From NCBI GenBank assembly GCA_965223435.1, contig CBDCWQ010000023.1:790694-854693 (forward strand): a DNA stretch of 64,000 bases, in the 5' to 3' direction. Within the stretch, counting starts at the first letter, position 1. The number at the start of each line of letters is the position of its first letter. This DNA comes from Myxococcota bacterium. GTDB lineage: Bacteria; Myxococcota; Kuafuiibacteriia; Kuafuiibacteriales; Kuafuiibacteriaceae. The notes beneath the pieces were generated by a model, which saw only the letters and a list, made by a program, of their open reading frames with translations, made no database searches and had not been told where the DNA came from. This document shows, piece by piece, positions 1 through 8,803 of the stretch. The position numbers and the translations under genes are program-made.

Positions 1-2014
1 GCCGACCCAAGGCTTCTTCGAAACGATCGTCTCGCTGGGCTTCGTGGTAGGCCGCGAGGGCTCGTGCTGGCTCGAGGGTGTTCGGGGCTTTTCGTTGGGC
101 TGCGGTGGCCATCTTGAACGCAGAGCTCAGCAGCACCGCAGCTTCGCTTCTTTTGTCGGCGGCCAGGGCACGCAGGGCTTTGGGGTCGGGGTCGCTTGGT
201 CGCGGTTCGACTTGTCCCCTCCGCTTTTTTGCGCTCCAGGCTTTTAAGCGCCCGTCGATGCGTTTTGCGGATTGTTCCAAGCTGAGTGCCCATGCTTCCA
301 GCGCGTGTGCACGAATGACCCGCGCGTGGGCCCGATCGGCTTCTATCGCCGGATCTCCCGGCATCAACTGTTGAACTTGTTCCAGCAACAAGGATGCGTG
401 TTTCAGGCTGGGCAGGGTATCTGCATCGAGTGCGCGGCGAGACTCGAGTAGAAGCTTTTCGGCCCGGGCGTCGATGGGTCGCTTGGGGAGGATGGCGTAC
501 TTTTCGCCGAGGGCTCGCAACGCGTTGTCTCTCGGACCGTACATCGCAAATGCATAGGCTCCGGCGAGTCCGAGAACCGTGAGCGCACCAAGAGCCCAAC
601 CGATCTTGCCTCTGCGGTGCTGGCGTTTGAACTCGTCGACAACGCTGTCGGCGGCGCTCGGCCGTCTCTCGTGAGGGTATTCGAAGGAGAGGTCCCACGA
701 GGCGGATGCAGGCTGAATGGGTTGTTGCAGGGGACCCAAGTGTTCGATGGCGTCTTTCTGTCTTGGCTTGGCTTCGAGTGGGGGCACGATGGCCTTTTTG
801 ATGGTCGGGGCAAGCTGGGGTTGCTCCGGCAGCTGGGGCGGGATCTTGACGTCTGACCAAGCGTCGTCGTCATCTTCCTCTTGGCGGGTGGTTGCCCCTG
901 CGATTGAGTTCGGGCCGGTGGTCGAGGCTGCAGGGCTGCCTCTCCCCGTGCCCTTTACGCCAGGCGCGCCGCTCGGTGACAGGGACCCATCGGTGGACAG
1001 GACCTGCCCGGTGATGGGAACCGGTGCCAGCGGCTCCGCGGAGGTGAGCGGCGCCTGGACGGGATTCGATCGGGGTGACGACGCCAGATTCGGGTTGGGT
1101 TGGGCCTGTACCCCGTGCGGATTCGGTGGCGCCAGATTCGGATTCGGAGTGTGCGCCAGATTCGGGTTGGGTTGGGCCTGTACCCCGTGCGGATTCGGTG
1201 GCGCCAGATTCGGATTCGGAGTGTGCGCCAGATTCGGGTTGGGTTGGGCCTGTACCCCGTGCGGATTCGGTGGCGCCAGATTCGGGTGGGGCGCGGCTGC
1301 CAGGTTCGCGTTTGAGGGGGTCCGGGGCGCGTTCATTTGGCGCGGGGCGGGGGGCCCATTGGGGTTTGGCGGCGCCAGGTTGGGGTGGGGGTGAACCGGG
1401 GCGACGTTCGGTGAACGCACCGGAGAGGCCACCCGAGAAAGCGGGCCTTGGCTCGCGGGCGTAGCCCATGCCGCTCGCGCTGCGGAGGTGGTCAAGGGGG
1501 CGGCCAACGAGGCTGCAGCTTGGGCGGCCGCGGTCTGCGTCGGGGGCTCTGACGCAGGCGAGGGCGGCCCGGACTCAGGAACCAGGCTGGGATAGGGGGC
1601 CAAGCTTTGGCTGTCTTGGGCGCCAGGCTGGACCTGGGACGCGCGCTCTACGACGCTAAAAAACGGCTCGAGCTCACCGATATTGCCCAAACGTTTCCAG
1701 GTCTCGCCGTTCTTGCTGATCTCGTCATGCCGGGAAATACGCCCCTCCACGATCCATTTTTGGAGGGTGGTGAGCTCCCGGAACGCGATCATTTGACCAC
1801 CTGGTTTGCGGACGTACCACTCGCGGTCCTGGGGGCCAGCCCCGATGATCGTGGTGGCGCGCGCGGGCGGCGCCGGATTCGAACGAGGCTCGACCTGGAA
1901 CACATGGCCGCAAGCGGTGCACTTGACTGCGACCCCCGTCGGGCCAATACGGTTCTCCTCGAACTCGTACTCCGTGCCACATTTTTGGCAGCGAACATCC
2001 ATGAGGTTGGCCAT
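1..2014 (-). CDS. 5'-complete, 3'-partial (runs off window start) multidomain protein. N-terminal MJ0042-type zinc ribbon (CxxC…CxxC), then a GYF/DUF4339-like domain (REWYVRKPGGQMIAFRELTTLQKWIVEGRISRHDEISKNGETWKRLGNIGELEPFF). Next a Pro/Asn-rich region with 24-aa tandem repeats, one TM helix (GKIGWALGALTVLGLAGAYAFAMY), and a helical C-terminal region.
   Basis: Manual translation of the minus strand from ATG at 2014..2012 (immediately after the helicase stop, same frame) shows no stop down to position 1 (~671 codons). It begins MANLMDVRCQKCGTEYEFEENRIGPTGVAVKCTACGHVFQVEP. It is not in the supplied ORF track, presumably because no in-window stop exists. Confidence 0.6.
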   Translation of the reverse strand, partial: MANLMDVRCQKCGTEYEFEENRIGPTGVAVKCTACGHVFQVEPRSNPAPPARATTIIGAGPQDREWYVRKPGGQMIAFRELTTLQKWIVEGRISRHDEISKNGETWKRLGNIGELEPFFSVVERASQVQPGAQDSQSLAPYPSLVPESGPPSPASEPPTQTAAAQAAASLAAPLTTSAARAAWATPASQGPLSRVASPVRSPNVAPVHPHPNLAPPNPNGPPAPRQMNAPRTPSNANLAAAPHPNLAPPNPHGVQAQPNPNLAHTPNPNLAPPNPHGVQAQPNPNLAHTPNPNLAPPNPHGVQAQPNPNLASSPRSNPVQAPLTSAEPLAPVPITGQVLSTDGSLSPSGAPGVKGTGRGSPAASTTGPNSIAGATTRQEEDDDDAWSDVKIPPQLPEQPQLAPTIKKAIVPPLEAKPRQKDAIEHLGPLQQPIQPASASWDLSFEYPHERRPSAADSVVDEFKRQHRRGKIGWALGALTVLGLAGAYAFAMYGPRDNALRALGEKYAILPKRPIDARAEKLLLESRRALDADTLPSLKHASLLLEQVQQLMPGDPAIEADRAHARVIRAHALEAWALSLEQSAKRIDGRLKAWSAKKRRGQVEPRPSDPDPKALRALAADKRSEAAVLLSSAFKMATAAQRKAPNTLEPARALAAYHEAQRDDRFEEALGR
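1083..1298 (-). repeat. 72-bp tandem direct repeat, 3 copies, in-frame within the CDS above. It encodes 3 x 24 aa (PNPNLAHTPNPNLAPPNPHGVQAQ).
   Basis: The same string gccagattcgggttgggttgggcctgtaccccgtgcggattcggtgg recurs at 1083, 1155 and 1227 (period 72). Confidence 0.85.
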
Positions 2015-2020
2015 CCGAAG

Positions 2021-4465
2021 TTACCACGACTCGTCAACGGATCTCACGAACCGGGCAACCACCGTCTTGGACCCAAAATCGGGAAACTGGATGGTGAGGC
2101 GTGCGTTAGGGCCTACCCCGTCGACGCCCTGGACCAAACCCTCCCCAAAAGTGTTGTGTTGGATGCGAGCGCCGATTCTGTAGGGGTTTTCCGGCTCGAT
2201 CTCGTGGGTGTTACGGGAGGGGTTGGGCGGGGTGAGGGGGCGCCCATGTCGGGTGGGCTCGTCGTATTCGATTCGATCTTCGCCCCGAGAGACCGTGCGC
2301 CGGTGTGGGTTTTTGTGCCTGTGGCTCGGCGGGTTGTGGGGCGCCCCGAAACCCATCTTGGGGGCGGCCGGAAAGGGGCCCACGATCGCCTTCGGGAGGT
2401 CGCCAAGAAATCTTGACGGCTCCCGGTACTCTTCGCGGCCGTAGATTCGGCGATTTTTGGCGGCCGAGAGGTTCAGCTCGTGCATGGCCCGAGTGAATCC
2501 GACGTAACACAACCGCCTTTCTTCCTCCATCGACTCTTGGCCCCCTTCGACCGCTTGGCGGCTCGGAAAAGTCTGTTCTTCCATGCCGGCCATGAACACG
2601 GTCGGGAACTCCAGCCCTTTGGCGCTGTGCAAGGTCAACAGCGAAACCGAAGCGCCTTGACCCTCTTCGTCTACCGCGGATGCGAGCGCCGCTTCATCAA
2701 GAAAGGCCTGTAGGGGCGAACGCGCATCTTGGGCGGTGGCAAACGGCGCCGCTGATGTCGGATCGTCATCGGTCGTGTAGACGCTTTGCCGACTTTTGGG
2801 GTTCGCTTCGTGCTCGGCGATGGAGGAAATGAGTTCTGCGACGTTGGCCCCTCTGTCTTCCGCGGTGGCCGGCTCCGAAGTGACCAAATACTGCATGTAC
2901 TCCGTTTCTTGAATGATCGCATGCGCAACCTCTGTGGCGCTGCACTCTGTCGCATGGGCACGAAAGCGCTCCAAGGTGTGGCCCAGGGTTTGGAGTTTCC
3001 GGATTTGTGCCGTTTTGAGTCCGCCGTTTCTGAGAATATCTTCTGGGAGCGCGAGTGCGTGGGCCCCTAGGCATTGATGGGTTTGGCCAATGGCTCGGAG
3101 TTTTTCCAGGGTCCGTTCCCCGAGTCCTCGGCCCGGCGTGTTGGCGATGCGGTCAAAGTCAGCCTGGGACGAAGGGTTGGCGGTGATGCGCAGATAGGCC
3201 ACGATGTCTTTGACCTCTCGCCGCTCGTAAAATCCCATGCCGCCGATGAGCACATACTTGAGGCGGGCGCGTCGAAAAGCCTCTTCGAAGAGACGGGACT
3301 GGGCGTTTTGCCGATACAGAACCGCGAAGTCACTGGGGCTCTGGCCCGCCCGGATGCCTGCGTGAATTGCGTTTGCGATGAGATGGGCTTCTTCTTCGCT
3401 CCGATGACAGATATGAAGGCCGATGGGCTTTCCGGCAGCCTTTTGGGTTTTCAGTGCCTTTTTGTGACGCCCTTTATTTTTCGCAATCACCGCGTTGGCC
3501 GCCTGGAGGATGTGGCCCGTGCTTCGGTAATTTTCTTCGAGCTTGATCACCGAGGCTTCAGCATACTTCTCTTGAAAGCCGAGGATGTGGCGAACCTCTG
3601 CGCCGCGCCAGCGGTAGATGGCCTGATCGTCGTCCCCGACCACCCCGAGGTTGCGATCGGGTTCGACCAGCTGTTCGAGGAGTGCGTATTGGACTTGGTT
3701 GGTATCTTGGAACTCATCGACCAGGAAGTAGCGAAAGCGACGGGACCACGTTTCTTTGACTTCGGGGTATCTTTTGAGGAGCTCTACCGATTGAAGCAAC
3801 AGATCCCCAAAATCCATCGCGTTTGAGCGCTCGAGGAGCGATTGGTATTTGGGGTAGGCGGCTCGTGCGGCCCCTTTTGCCGGGCCCTCTTGGCCCGCGC
3901 TCGTTCGCAAAAAAGCGTCTACCGTGAGCCCTCGGTTTTTGGCGCGGTCTATTTCGTTGGCAATGGCCGAAAGAGAGCTTTGCTCTGGGTTTGCGTAGGT
4001 GCCGAGCTCTCGAAGAACTTTTTTGAGGAGCCGCTTGGAATCGTCGGCATCGTAGATGGTGAAACTTCGGTCGTAGCCCAAGTGATGCGCTTCTCTTCTC
4101 AAAAAGCGCGCCGCTAGGCTATGGAACGTCCCGATCCAAAGGTTTCCCAGGTCAGATCCGAGGAGGGCTTCGAGTCGTCGCCGCATTTCTTGGGCGGCCT
4201 TGTTGGTAAAGGTGACCGCAAAGATTTCCCAGGGCTGGGCGCGCTGGGTTTCAAGAATGTACGCAATGCGGTGCACCAGGACCCGTGTCTTTCCGCTGCC
4301 GGCTCCGGCCAGGATCAGAAGGGGCCCTTCGGTGGTTGTGGCGGCCCGGAACTGCTCGGGGTTCAATACGGTACGGAGAATCTTGCGACAGGCGGCGTCG
4401 CCGGGTGCCTCTTCCAACACCCGAGAGCCTACGGTTTCGCTTTCTTGGAGGCAACGCCGACTCAA
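2021..4465 (-). CDS. UvrD/PcrA/Rep-family ATP-dependent DNA helicase (814 aa).
   Basis: Walker A 'LLILAGAGSGKTRVLVHRIAYIL', 'TFTNKAAQEM', 'VDEFQDTNQVQY', 'YRST' and 'TLHSAKGLEFPTVF' motifs, typical of SF1 UvrD-like helicases. Confidence 0.9.
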   Translation of the reverse strand: MSRRCLQESETVGSRVLEEAPGDAACRKILRTVLNPEQFRAATTTEGPLLILAGAGSGKTRVLVHRIAYILETQRAQPWEIFAVTFTNKAAQEMRRRLEALLGSDLGNLWIGTFHSLAARFLRREAHHLGYDRSFTIYDADDSKRLLKKVLRELGTYANPEQSSLSAIANEIDRAKNRGLTVDAFLRTSAGQEGPAKGAARAAYPKYQSLLERSNAMDFGDLLLQSVELLKRYPEVKETWSRRFRYFLVDEFQDTNQVQYALLEQLVEPDRNLGVVGDDDQAIYRWRGAEVRHILGFQEKYAEASVIKLEENYRSTGHILQAANAVIAKNKGRHKKALKTQKAAGKPIGLHICHRSEEEAHLIANAIHAGIRAGQSPSDFAVLYRQNAQSRLFEEAFRRARLKYVLIGGMGFYERREVKDIVAYLRITANPSSQADFDRIANTPGRGLGERTLEKLRAIGQTHQCLGAHALALPEDILRNGGLKTAQIRKLQTLGHTLERFRAHATECSATEVAHAIIQETEYMQYLVTSEPATAEDRGANVAELISSIAEHEANPKSRQSVYTTDDDPTSAAPFATAQDARSPLQAFLDEAALASAVDEEGQGASVSLLTLHSAKGLEFPTVFMAGMEEQTFPSRQAVEGGQESMEEERRLCYVGFTRAMHELNLSAAKNRRIYGREEYREPSRFLGDLPKAIVGPFPAAPKMGFGAPHNPPSHRHKNPHRRTVSRGEDRIEYDEPTRHGRPLTPPNPSRNTHEIEPENPYRIGARIQHNTFGEGLVQGVDGVGPNARLTIQFPDFGSKTVVARFVRSVDESW

Positions 4466-6714
4466 AAGTTGATCGTTCCCTTGGTTTTGGATGGCGCACT
4501 CACGGGCACGAGCAGTTTCGGCAGCGATTCGCCGGCCAGCAGTCGGTAGATCATCAGAGTTTCAAAGACACGACGCACATACCGCCGTGTTTCGCGGTAG
4601 GGAATGCGTTCGACAAACTCGTCGAGGGGCCAGCCCCCAAAATCATTGAGCCACTGTCGGACGGCGGTCGGACCCGCGTTGTAGGCCGCGATGGCGGGTG
4701 CCCGCTGTCCCTCGTACTTGTCGAGTAGGCTGCCCAGGTACCACGTTCCCAGCCATACGTTCGCCTCCGGGCGTTTGTAGCGATAGGCATAACGTCGACC
4801 TCCAGTGGCCATGCGTCCGATGCTTTTTGCGGTTTTGGGCATCAGCTGCATCAGCCCGCGGGCCCCGGCCGGGCTCCGCACGTGCGGTCTGAAATGGCTT
4901 TCGGTCCGCATGATGGACCATACGAGGACGGGTTCTACCCCGTGGGATTTGCTCGCAGCCAGCACCGCTTTTTTGAACGCAAAGGGGTACGCGTGCCGAA
5001 ACGCCCGCCAGGCCGACGCGCGCCCCGAAACCAAATCTGCCCCCGAAGCGGCGACCGACAATGCCACGCGGAATGCTTGGTGATGTGCGCCCAGGTTGTG
5101 AAGGAGGTCCGCCACCCGGGTTCTTCCGGCGGGCGACTGCAACCGCCTGAAGAACCGGTCGGCTGCACGGAGGTCTTCGAGCGCTTCCTCTTTGAGGCCC
5201 ACGTCGTGAAGGGCGATGGCGCGATCCACGATGATCGGGCGTTTCGGGCCGAGCCCGGTGATGATTTGTTCGGTCTTGAGCGCTTTTTGGGGCGGGGGGG
5301 CCTTAAGGACCACTTTTTCTCCGAGGCTTTCGAGCCGAGCCGAAGCCCAAAAGCCGTAATAACTGAGCGGGCTCATTCTCAGGACTTCGCGGTATTCCCC
5401 TTTTGCGGCATCGATTTGGGCCTGCCTCTCTCGAAGTCGGCCGAGCCAGTAGCGGGCCTGAGGCCCGAGGGTGCTTTTGGGGTGGTCGACCAGAAGCTGG
5501 CCAAACGCGCGCCGAGCCATGCCCTCTTTTTTGGCGAGGTAGGCGGCCCATCCGGCGTACCACAGGGCGTCGGTTCTTTTCTTGCTTGTCGGGTACCGCT
5601 CTGCATAACCCAGCATCCGCCTCGATGCGGTCATGTATTGCCCCCGGTTGTAGGGAAGCCAGGCCGCGAAGTACTGGCCTTCTTCCGCGTGCTTCGACTC
5701 TGGAAACCGCCGTGCGGCCTCATGAAACCAGGCGGTGGCGCGGGTGTCGTCATCGCGGCTCATCGCCAGTTTGCCGAGGCGAAAAAGCACTTCATCGCCT
5801 CGCTTCTTGAGGGGGCGCTTGTGGAGTCGAAGAAGAATCTCTTCTTCTTTTTGTCGCCATCCACGCCGGCGGTACATTCTTGCATAAAGAAAGTCGATGG
5901 CCGTTTTGGCCTTGGGTGAGGTCTTCTTGAGTTTGTCCAGTCGTTTCGTGGCCCGGGTGTAGGCAGAAGAGCGGATCAGGTTCTTGATGCGTAAAAGCTC
6001 GAGTTTGGTGGTGGTGATCGGGACTTTGATGCCTTTTTTTTTCTTTTTTTGGACAAATCGCTCGAGTGCTTGGGATACGCGGGCGCCCGGGTGATTGAGT
6101 AGGGCTTTCCAAGCCACATGGGTCGCCTTTGTTTCGCGGCCGAGTCGGTCGAGGGTCGTTGCTTTTTGGAAGAGCAGATTGGGACGCCGAGCCACGTTTT
6201 TTTCTTTGAGAAGCGCTTCAGTGAGCTTCAGCTTGGCTTCCATGTCTCGGGTTCGGGTCAGAACGTTGATCAAGCTCCGGGCGGCCCGTCGGGCGATTTT
6301 TCGAGTCTGCGCGTGCTCGAGCGCATCTTTGTACGCGGTTTTCGCACGCTTGTGGTGGCCGAGTGCGAGCAGTGCGTCCCCGCGTAGCAGCGCGATGCGA
6401 TCTTCGAGCATCCGGGGTCGGGCGTTTTTGAGGGCTGCGAGTGCCTGGGTGGGGGCGCCCCGCCTCAGCGCCGTTTTGGCCTTGGCGTACGCCCGCTCGG
6501 CGCCGGTGAGGCGTGCTCGGTTGTGGGCACGTTTGGTGCGAACTTTCAGTCGGCCGCGCTCATCGAGCGGCAGTGAGGCGCCCGTGGTCAAAAGGAGTAG
6601 GGCAACGAGCAAGCTCCCGAGCGCCCACTTGGGGGGCTTCGGGTGTACCGGCCCGTGTCCCGGTTGCTGAGGGCCGTGCGCCTCCCGGTGATGATCCGAT
6701 GTCAGAGGGTTCAA
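4462..6714 (-). CDS. Soluble lytic murein transglycosylase (Slt family). N-terminal superhelical domain plus C-terminal SLT catalytic domain.
   Basis: C-terminal 'SIMRTESHFRPHVRSPAGARGLMQLMPKTA…AYNAGPTAV' is the ES…GLMQ…AYNAG goose-type lysozyme/SLT signature. N-terminal signal-like hydrophobic segment. 4-nt overlap with the helicase start. Confidence 0.85.
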   Translation of the reverse strand: MNPLTSDHHREAHGPQQPGHGPVHPKPPKWALGSLLVALLLLTTGASLPLDERGRLKVRTKRAHNRARLTGAERAYAKAKTALRRGAPTQALAALKNARPRMLEDRIALLRGDALLALGHHKRAKTAYKDALEHAQTRKIARRAARSLINVLTRTRDMEAKLKLTEALLKEKNVARRPNLLFQKATTLDRLGRETKATHVAWKALLNHPGARVSQALERFVQKKKKKGIKVPITTTKLELLRIKNLIRSSAYTRATKRLDKLKKTSPKAKTAIDFLYARMYRRRGWRQKEEEILLRLHKRPLKKRGDEVLFRLGKLAMSRDDDTRATAWFHEAARRFPESKHAEEGQYFAAWLPYNRGQYMTASRRMLGYAERYPTSKKRTDALWYAGWAAYLAKKEGMARRAFGQLLVDHPKSTLGPQARYWLGRLRERQAQIDAAKGEYREVLRMSPLSYYGFWASARLESLGEKVVLKAPPPQKALKTEQIITGLGPKRPIIVDRAIALHDVGLKEEALEDLRAADRFFRRLQSPAGRTRVADLLHNLGAHHQAFRVALSVAASGADLVSGRASAWRAFRHAYPFAFKKAVLAASKSHGVEPVLVWSIMRTESHFRPHVRSPAGARGLMQLMPKTAKSIGRMATGGRRYAYRYKRPEANVWLGTWYLGSLLDKYEGQRAPAIAAYNAGPTAVRQWLNDFGGWPLDEFVERIPYRETRRYVRRVFETLMIYRLLAGESLPKLLVPVSAPSKTKGTINF
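6034..6050. repeat. Homopolymeric T9-C-T7 tract (A-tract on the coding strand) inside the Slt CDS. It encodes a KKKKKK run.
   Basis: gcc ttttttttt c ttttttt gg at 6034-6050. Unusual in a ~63% GC genome. Confidence 0.8.
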
Positions 6715-7373
6715 AGGTTGATGATGCCCTGCCGGATACCTTCCGTGACAGCCTCGACGCGGTTGGAGACATCGAGTTTTTCGTAGATGTGTTCCAAGTG
6801 GGTGCGAATAGTGGCCTTGGAAAGGCCCAGGACTTTGGCCGCTTCGTGATTGGAGAGCCCTTTGGCGATGATCTGCAGGATCTCCAGCTCTCGTTCGGTC
6901 AGGGGCGATGCGTCTTTGGCCGCCTGCAGCGAAGACGGCCCCATGCCGGTCCGGGTCTCGATGAGCCGGAGGAGCGCACGGGCCAAGTTGGGCTGAATCA
7001 CCGCCCCGCCCGCGTGCACGTCCTTGATTGCTTCCACGATTTTTTCGACGGGGGTGCCCTTCAGAAGGTACCCCGCTGCGCCGGCGGCGATGGCGTCGAT
7101 GACCTTCTCTTCTTCGTCGAAGATGGTGAAGATCAGAATCTCTATCTTGGGATGGGCTTGGCGCACCCGCCGGGTCACCTCGATGCCGCTCATGTCGGGG
7201 AGGCCGAGGTCCAGCAACATCACGTCTGGCTGGAGTACCTCGAGCTGCGCCAGCGCGCTCTCTCCGGTCAGGGCTTCGCCCACGATATGTAGCTCTGGGA
7301 ACGTCTCCAGCAGCTTGATTTGCGCTTTGAGGATTTTAGGCTGATCCTCGACCACCAGTAGACGAATGCCCAT
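6711..7373 (-). CDS. NarL/FixJ (LuxR-type) two-component response regulator: REC domain plus C-terminal LuxR HTH.
   Basis: 'RLLVVEDQPKI…VMLLDLGLPDMSG' receiver motif and C-terminal 'LTERELEILQIIAKGLSNHEAAKVLGLSKATIRTHLEHIYEKL' LuxR HTH. Start chosen at MGIR (ATG 7373) with an AAAGG SD. The track ORF extends to 7442. 4-nt overlap with the Slt start. Confidence 0.85.
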   Translation of the reverse strand: MGIRLLVVEDQPKILKAQIKLLETFPELHIVGEALTGESALAQLEVLQPDVMLLDLGLPDMSGIEVTRRVRQAHPKIEILIFTIFDEEEKVIDAIAAGAAGYLLKGTPVEKIVEAIKDVHAGGAVIQPNLARALLRLIETRTGMGPSSLQAAKDASPLTERELEILQIIAKGLSNHEAAKVLGLSKATIRTHLEHIYEKLDVSNRVEAVTEGIRQGIINL

Positions 7374-7585
7374 GTAAACCTTTGCCGCTCCACTTACCGA
7401 AGCCGTTGAGCCAGGCACAACACCAAATTTCAGAGGGTGCATCTCACATTCAGCGCTTTGGGCGCAAGCGACGCTCTACGGATGTCGCGAATGCGTGGCA
7501 AAACACGCTGTTTTTGCTGGTACTTAGCGTGGATTTTGGGGCCTGACGCAATCCGCTTGCCTAGGGCCCCCGCCGTCCGCGAGGC

Positions 7586-8530
7586 TTGTCTTTGTCGATG
7601 CCAAAGAAGGCAACCATCGTGTCCCGCCGGCCTTTGACGGGCGAGACGAAAAACGAGGCCCTGGTTTTGGGTCGCAAACGGTCAGACCGCGTTCTTCGGA
7701 GGGCATTGGACGGGTTTGTGGCGAAGGCCGATAAAGAGGCCTGCGTCGAGCGGGATCCCTTGGCGCTTGTGCGTCGCTATCGCGACCCTCACGATCAGGA
7801 AGTCGCGGGCTTTTTCGTGGCGATGCTCGCCTACGGGCGGGCGCAAAGCATTCAGGACAAGGCGGGTGCGTTGCTCGACTTGCTCGGGACGCGTCCGGCG
7901 CGCACCCTCGGGCGCGGCCAGGCCGAGCGTTTGCTCTCGGGGTTTGTGTACCGCTTTCAACAGGGACGGGATCTGCCGCGCTTGGCGGAGGCGGTTCGGC
8001 GTCTGCGAAAAAAGAGGGGCAGTCTAGGGGCCGCCTTTTTGCGGGGCGCCAGGCCCGAAGAACCTCACTATGTCCCCGCGATGGGGCGTTTCGTGAAGGC
8101 GCTTGAAGGCGAACTGGAAGGCGCGCTCACCTACGGCCTTCGGTTCTTGCTGCCCCAGGTCGACCGTGGGGGTGCGGCCAAGCGTTTGGCCCTCTACCTG
8201 CGTTGGATGATTCGACCCGACGATGGCGTCGACCTGGGTACGTGGCGGCGGTTGGCTCCGGGGGTTGATGCGCAAAAGCTGGTGATTCCCCTCGACACCC
8301 ATGTGGAGCGCATCGGTCGCTACCTGGGTCTGACCGATCGGCGTTCCTCGGGCATGAAGACGGCCCTGGAGATCACCGCGGCCCTCCGGCGTTTGGCCCC
8401 CGAAGACCCGTTGGTCTACGATTTGGTGCTTTGCCACCTCGGTATCAGTGGGGCGTGTCCTCGGCAAAAAGACCCCGTCCTTTGTCGAGGTTGTCCCATC
8501 AAGCAGGTGTGCCGCCTGGGGTCTTCTTGA
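7586..8530 (+). CDS. TIGR02757/DUF2400-family conserved hypothetical protein (HhH-GPD-like fold family) with a C-terminal Cys cluster.
   Basis: Motifs 'DPLALVRRYRDPHDQEVAGFFVAMLAYGR', 'PLDTHVERIGRYLGL', C-terminal 'CHLGISGACPRQKDPVLCRGCPIKQVC'. Family assignment from memory, not verified. Confidence 0.5.
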   Translation: MSLSMPKKATIVSRRPLTGETKNEALVLGRKRSDRVLRRALDGFVAKADKEACVERDPLALVRRYRDPHDQEVAGFFVAMLAYGRAQSIQDKAGALLDLLGTRPARTLGRGQAERLLSGFVYRFQQGRDLPRLAEAVRRLRKKRGSLGAAFLRGARPEEPHYVPAMGRFVKALEGELEGALTYGLRFLLPQVDRGGAAKRLALYLRWMIRPDDGVDLGTWRRLAPGVDAQKLVIPLDTHVERIGRYLGLTDRRSSGMKTALEITAALRRLAPEDPLVYDLVLCHLGISGACPRQKDPVLCRGCPIKQVCRLGSS

Positions 8531-8803
8531 GCTTTTGTAACCTACTGAAACTCATGGTCGTTTTTTTGTTTTGGTCCGCGGGGGTGCGCCTTGGCTACCG
8601 GGTCAGGGTGGTCGAACCTCCGACTCGGGATGGTGGACGCCGGGGCCGAACCGGCGTAATCTCGACAGCAGCTGATCCATGGGTGCCGTCGTTTTTCGTT
8701 ACTCCGTTCTTGACTCTACGACACCCCTTGTTGGACGACGCACCTCCGTGTTTCCTTCTTTGACCTGCCGCCTTTCTGATTCGATCAGACGCGCACTGCT
8801 CTG
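8531..8803 (+). promoter_or_regulatory. 273-nt GC-rich structured leader upstream of thrS. Contains an AGGGTGGTCGAACC element loosely resembling the T-box core (AGGGTGGNACCGCG).
   Basis: Long non-coding spacer before a tRNA-synthetase gene with a GGGTGG motif and several hairpins. Purely sequence-pattern based. Confidence 0.25.

Noticed and set aside
1607-2416. 269-aa plus-strand ORF
   Set aside because: Exactly codon-phased antisense to the zinc-ribbon/GYF gene and the helicase 3' end. GC-rich shadow ORF.
4882-5919. 345-aa plus-strand ORF inside the Slt gene
   Set aside because: Antisense shadow ORF. The Slt reading frame has clear catalytic motifs.
8600-8700. tRNA gene in the thrS leader (GGTCGAACC resembles a T-arm)
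   Set aside because: Could not fold a cloverleaf with a 7-bp acceptor stem and proper D/anticodon arms. More likely part of a regulatory leader.
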